NCBI GenBank assembly: GCA_021810205.1
Contig: JAJZJC010000001.1
Span: 8,533 to 72,532, forward strand
Reading direction: 5' to 3'
DNA from: Actinomycetes bacterium
Lineage (GTDB): Bacteria > Actinomycetota > Acidimicrobiia > Acidimicrobiales > RAAP-2
DNA: 64,000 bases
Shown here: positions 60,373-64,000 of the stretch, in pieces
Layout: every line of letters starts with the position of its first letter
How positions within the stretch are numbered: position 1 is the first letter of the stretch
Position numbers and translations under genes: made by a program
Notes under the pieces: generated by a model
Databases searched by the model: none
Told to the model about the DNA's origin: nothing
The model's input: only the letters and a program-made list of their open reading frames with translations

Positions 60373-60939
60373 GTGCACGACTCGAGCGATGAGTACAGCG
60401 ATCTCCGGGGGACTGCGACAGGGCCCTCGCTCGTCCGTCGTCTCCGAGAGGAGCGCAACCGCTTCATCGAAGGCCTACGACGGATCGCGACGATCCAAGA
60501 GGCGCTGCGATGCTGCCTTCTCGAAGAGCAGTGTTCGCCCGCACACGACGCACCGGAGCGGCTCTTGGAACTGCTAGGTCGTGCGCAGATGGCCGCGACG
60601 GCGGTCGTCGATCTCGTAAACGAGCTCTTGTCGGCCCCGCCGGAGCTCTCGGCATGGATCGAGCACCACAACGGCGCCGCCCATCTCTTCCTCGTGGGCG
60701 AGCTCGACATCGCGACGAGGAGCCACATCCTCGCGGCGCTGGACTCCGTCGCGAAGGAGAACGTAAAGGAGGTCGTCGTGCACATGGACTTCCTCAAGTT
60801 CCTCGACTGTGCGGGTATCACCCCGCTTGTCACGCTGGCGAACGAACTGTCGGCGCACGGTGGCTCGGTTCGGGTCATCGGCGCGAGCCCACAGCAAAAG
60901 AAGATCCTTTCCTTGACGGCGATCGTCTTCGACGAGTGA
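60373..60939 (+). CDS. STAS-domain protein (anti-sigma-factor antagonist-like) with a helical N-terminal extension
   Basis: The C-terminal 100 aa (HLFLVGELDIATRSHILAALD......EVVVHMDFLKFLDCAGITPLV.L..EL.AHGGSVRVIGASPQQKKILSLT) is a SpoIIAA-like STAS fold. The GTG at 60373 follows GGAGGAGGA. Confidence 0.75.
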   Translation: MHDSSDEYSDLRGTATGPSLVRRLREERNRFIEGLRRIATIQEALRCCLLEEQCSPAHDAPERLLELLGRAQMAATAVVDLVNELLSAPPELSAWIEHHNGAAHLFLVGELDIATRSHILAALDSVAKENVKEVVVHMDFLKFLDCAGITPLVTLANELSAHGGSVRVIGASPQQKKILSLTAIVFDE

Positions 60940-61038
60940 CACGATGCGGCGCGGCGCGGATCTGCAAGCAGGGAACTACATGCTGGCCCACGATTGGCCG
61001 GTGCGAGAAGGAACGTTCGGCCGCCGAATGGGGATAGC

Positions 61039-61719
61039 GTGATCGGCGACCCCCAGTCCGAACCGCTCCGTATCGCTTATCACGCGACGCCACTTACGGC
61101 CGTGCTCGACACCGTCGTTCGCTCAGCGGAGCTTCGCCTGCTCCCGCTCGTCCGGGGCACCGGCCTGGTCGTGCTGCGAACGGGATGGGGAGGCGAGCTT
61201 CGCGCGGCCACGGCCGGGGCGGAGCATCTCGAGCTCTTTCAGTCCGCCAGCGCGGGCGGCCCCGCGTTCGAGGCGATCGCCGACAAGCAGCCGGTCACCG
61301 TCCCGAACCTCGACGAAGAGCGGCGATGGCGTGAGCTCATGACGGCGGCACGACGGGCGCACATCACGGCGATCCTGGCCATCCCGCTGGATGCAGAGCC
61401 GGTTGGGGCAGCGATCACGTTCTACCTTGGAAGACGGCTGCGATCCGAGTTGCTCGAGGAGCTGCGCCCCGTGATCGACGACGCGAGCCTCGCCGTCGCC
61501 AACGCGGTGGCCTTTGCCCGCCACGAGCTCGTCGCCGCGCATTTGAAGGATGCCCTCGAGAGTCGAGATCTGATCGGCCAGGCGAAGGGCATGCTGATGG
61601 CGCGGCGCGCCATCAGCTCGGAGAAGGCCTTTGCCGTGCTGCGCGAGATGTCCCAGCGCACCAACCGCAAGCTCCGCGACGTTGCCCAAGACCTCATCGA
61701 GAACGGAGAGCTGCCATGA
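61039..61719 (+). CDS. GAF-ANTAR RNA-binding antiterminator-type regulator
   Basis: C-terminal ANTAR helix pattern LESRDLIGQAKGMLMARRAISSEKAFAVLREMSQRTNRKLRDVAQDLI, and an N-terminal GAF-like region. Alternative TTG start at 60994. Confidence 0.8.
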   Translation: MIGDPQSEPLRIAYHATPLTAVLDTVVRSAELRLLPLVRGTGLVVLRTGWGGELRAATAGAEHLELFQSASAGGPAFEAIADKQPVTVPNLDEERRWRELMTAARRAHITAILAIPLDAEPVGAAITFYLGRRLRSELLEELRPVIDDASLAVANAVAFARHELVAAHLKDALESRDLIGQAKGMLMARRAISSEKAFAVLREMSQRTNRKLRDVAQDLIENGELP

Positions 61720-61982
61720 GCACCCCACAGCTCCAGACGCTCATGCGCGAGACGCTCGCCGGTGCGATGCAAGGCATGGGCCTCGACGCAGACAGCCTGT
61801 GGCGCGGCTACGTGGCGGTCGGTGGTTCAGAGCTTCCACGTGTCGTCGACGACTTGCTGGCCGGCCGGCAGACGTTGGAGCCCAACGAGTACGACTTCTT
61901 GGCCCAGGCGATCAACGACCACGCTGTCAGTCTCGGCCAGCGGAGCGTCGTCCCGTACTTCCACCAGCTCGGTGGTGACTGA
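61716..61982 (+). CDS. Small hypothetical protein translationally coupled to the ANTAR regulator
   Basis: The ATG overlaps the ANTAR gene stop (ATGA). 88 aa, acidic; no family recognised. Confidence 0.55.
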   Translation: MSTPQLQTLMRETLAGAMQGMGLDADSLWRGYVAVGGSELPRVVDDLLAGRQTLEPNEYDFLAQAINDHAVSLGQRSVVPYFHQLGGD

Positions 61983-62447
61983 ACGCGTGAGCGAGCACGT
62001 CCTCACTTCAACAGATCGCCGGTATCGAACCCCAGGGAGATGTCCCTCTCGAGCACCTCACATGCCTGTTCGGCGAGCTTCGAGAACGCCGCGTTGGCCC
62101 GACCGGTCAGCGGCTCTCGAGCATCGGTTCTCACTCACACGTCTGCGCGCTACTCGCATCATGGACCGCTTCACCGTTCCCGACCCCAAGGTGGTCGCAG
62201 ACGCGCACAGCATGAAGACCAACGGGCCGCATAGAGCACCTCGCCGAGCGCGTTCGCCGAGGCCGGGCTCAAGACCCAACGGCTACAGCTCGCATAGCTC
62301 GTGGACCAACGAGGGGGGTCCGGTCACGACGGACCTGTGTCCGTCAGTGCCACCTTGCACATGCTCGGGACGCCGCCATGCTCCCTCTTCACCCGTCGGA
62401 AGTGGATACGGAGCGCGCCTCCGTCAGCCTGGTCCAGCACACATCGA

Positions 62448-62726
62448 TCACTCGTCCTGCGGGCCGCAGACTGCCGTGACGAGATCACCGACCGATCGCT
62501 CGGGATGACGTCCGCGCGCGACGCCGACCAGATAGGCGACGAGGGGCGCGTTCGTCCGGTCTCCACTGCCATGAGCCGCCTCCCTGGCGAGCCGGAGGAT
62601 CGCGTCCACATCGCCCGCTTCAAGGTTAAACTCCACCGGGTTCTGCCCGGCAGCGTCCGCCAGACGCTGCCGGGCCATCTCGAGCCACGCGCCCTTCGAC
62701 GCTGCTCCGGTTCCTGCCACGGTCAT
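62448..62726 (-). CDS. DUF6457-like small protein (commonly linked to molybdoenzyme or MobA genes)
   Basis: WLEMARQRLADAAG......VDAILRLAREAAHGSGDRTNAPLVAYLVGVARG fits my recollection of the DUF6457 pattern. The ATG overlaps the nrfD-like stop (ATGA). Confidence 0.55.
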   Translation of the reverse strand: MTVAGTGAASKGAWLEMARQRLADAAGQNPVEFNLEAGDVDAILRLAREAAHGSGDRTNAPLVAYLVGVARGRHPERSVGDLVTAVCGPQDE

Positions 62727-63637
62727 GCCCCTACGGCCTCCGCCAGCTCCGGTTCCGACACGGGACGAAGCGGCGGATGAAGGCCGACGCGCAGGAGCGA
62801 GAAGAAGACGAAGAAGTGCCCGCACAGGTCGGTTGCTGCCGCAATGGCGAGCGCAACGACGCTTCCAGTGGCGATCGACACCCCAACCAGGGCGAGCGTC
62901 CCGCCGATCCCGAGCCCGACGGCCACACCCAGGAACAGACGAGTCAATGGTCCCCGAGTGAGCAGTGAGACGGCCGCCTGCACCGCCGCCTGGCGAGCCT
63001 GGGCCGTAAAGATCACGAGGCCCACGAGCACAGCATTCAACGCGAGTAGTGCAATCTCCAGCCATTCGAGCTGTGCGTGCCTGGTGGCACCCAAGCCTGC
63101 CTCCACGACCAAGGTCAGCGTCGTGCCCCCGAGAAGTGCATAGAAGAGCGCGAGCACCGGCATGAGGTACGTGTCCCACAGCGGAGTCCCGCGGCTCGCC
63201 TTCAGGACGAACCCGTCGTAGACCATCACCACCACAGCCACGATCGCAGCGGCGACGCCGAAGCCGGCCGTCACACCGTGGGGAACGAAGGACGCCTGGA
63301 GATAGCGCGCGAGATAGACGACTCCGAACACGAGGAAGAGGCCCATCGCGATCAGGCCGCGAGAGATCCATGACGTCCGCCAGCGAACGATCACGCGCAG
63401 GAAACGCTCGGGTCGGCCGAGGTACAGCAGGTGAGCGGTGCTCTTCCCAACTCCGACGATCAGTAGGCCGATGCCGGCACCGAGGTAGAGCCCATTGAAA
63501 TACGAGATGAGAAAGAGACCTGCTCCGACATTCCCGAGGAAGAATGCCGTCGTGATCAGCCACGACCACTCCCCCTGCCGTCGATACCCCATCGTGAATT
63601 GGTTACGACCAATGACCACCACGTTCGTCGCGGACAT
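62723..63637 (-). CDS. NrfD/PsrC-family membrane anchor subunit of a molybdopterin oxidoreductase
   Basis: Eight predicted TM helices. W..LI..FFFLG..GAG and RPERF....RW.TSWISRG are NrfD/PsrC motifs. GAAGGAA lies upstream of the ATG. Confidence 0.85.
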   Translation of the reverse strand: MSATNVVVIGRNQFTMGYRRQGEWSWLITTAFFLGNVGAGLFLISYFNGLYLGAGIGLLIVGVGKSTAHLLYLGRPERFLRVIVRWRTSWISRGLIAMGLFLVFGVVYLARYLQASFVPHGVTAGFGVAAAIVAVVVMVYDGFVLKASRGTPLWDTYLMPVLALFYALLGGTTLTLVVEAGLGATRHAQLEWLEIALLALNAVLVGLVIFTAQARQAAVQAAVSLLTRGPLTRLFLGVAVGLGIGGTLALVGVSIATGSVVALAIAAATDLCGHFFVFFSLLRVGLHPPLRPVSEPELAEAVGA

Positions 63638-63651
63638 GAGCGGTTCCTTCT

Positions 63652-64000
63652 CTACTCGACGTAGTACACGGACGGGTTCGTGCCCATCTCGGGAAGCGGC
63701 TGCTTGCCGTTGCGCTTCCGGATCATGACGCTCGGCTTGCTGTCGGGGTCTTCGAGGTCACCGAAGACTCGTGCTTCGGTCGGGCACGTGACCACGCAGG
63801 CGGGCTCGAGACCCTTGTCGACGCGATGCACGCAAAAGGTGCACTTGGTGACAGTTCCTCCGATGAACCATTTCCATTTGGCATCTTCGTAGGCGGTACG
63901 CTCACCGTAGTAACCCGTCTTGAGGGCGCGCTTTCTCAAGAAGAAACGATTGTTATACGGGCAAGCCATCATGCACGCACGGCAACCGATGCACTTGTCA
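63652..64000 (-). CDS. 4Fe-4S ferredoxin-type electron-transfer subunit (PsrB/DmsB-like); 5' end lies outside the window
   Basis: CIGCRACMMACPYN (runs into the window edge), KCTFCVHRVDKGLEPACVVTCPTEARVFGDL. Confidence 0.85.
   Translation of the reverse strand, partial: DKCIGCRACMMACPYNNRFFLRKRALKTGYYGERTAYEDAKWKWFIGGTVTKCTFCVHRVDKGLEPACVVTCPTEARVFGDLEDPDSKPSVMIRKRNGKQPLPEMGTNPSVYYVE

Overview
This is a very GC-rich, gene-dense chromosomal window with an Actinomycetota-like gene set: Mce transporter, F420-type LLM/PPOX enzymes, HspR, sortase and ANTAR. The phylum call is an inference from gene content only. I saw no rRNA, tRNA, CRISPR array, transposase or integrase.

Gene order:
- fabH 3' end, a nucleotidyltransferase, a CDF metal exporter and tag.
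- A complete Mce lipid/steroid-uptake locus on the minus strand (yrbEA-yrbEB-mceABCDEF plus a Mce-associated membrane protein). Its genes are chained by ATGA/GTGA/TGATG overlaps, and an MceG/Mkl ATPase is transcribed divergently.
- MFS exporter, aldo-keto reductase, adenosine deaminase, AlkA-like glycosylase, DUF4214-methyltransferase, malic enzyme, two F420-type enzymes, DedA, and a fused DrrA-DrrB ABC exporter.
- Archaeal-type FBP aldolase/phosphatase and a radical-SAM anSME-like maturase with a SEC-C tail.
- A sulfide/persulfide island with two SQR paralogues, DsrE, an ArsR-rhodanese fusion, a MerR regulator with a textbook MerR-type promoter, a thioredoxin-fold protein and a PAS-GGDEF-EAL protein. 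It also holds a rhodanese-CBS gene interrupted by an in-frame TGA at the conserved Cys column, followed by a SECIS-like hairpin.
- Amidohydrolases, an SDR, and a DUF3494 (ice-binding-like) surface protein with a non-canonical sorting signal and its own sortase.
- GrdB-like protein/enoyl-CoA hydratase, CocE/NonD hydrolase, thiolase, a GT4 enzyme and a glycogen-debranching-type enzyme.
- An hsp20 / J-domain / hspR module, and an unusual lower-GC noncoding unit with a mini-ORF.
- STAS and GAF-ANTAR regulators, and the 3' end of a PsrBC-like molybdoenzyme operon.

Recurrent oddities:
- Many short head-to-tail tandem repeats (12-30 bp, 2-5 copies), both in divergent or convergent intergenic regions and in the 3' ends of envelope genes.
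- Three gene remnants (ALDH, LivF-like, DoxX).

All functional calls come from reading the provided translations against remembered family motifs. No database search was run.
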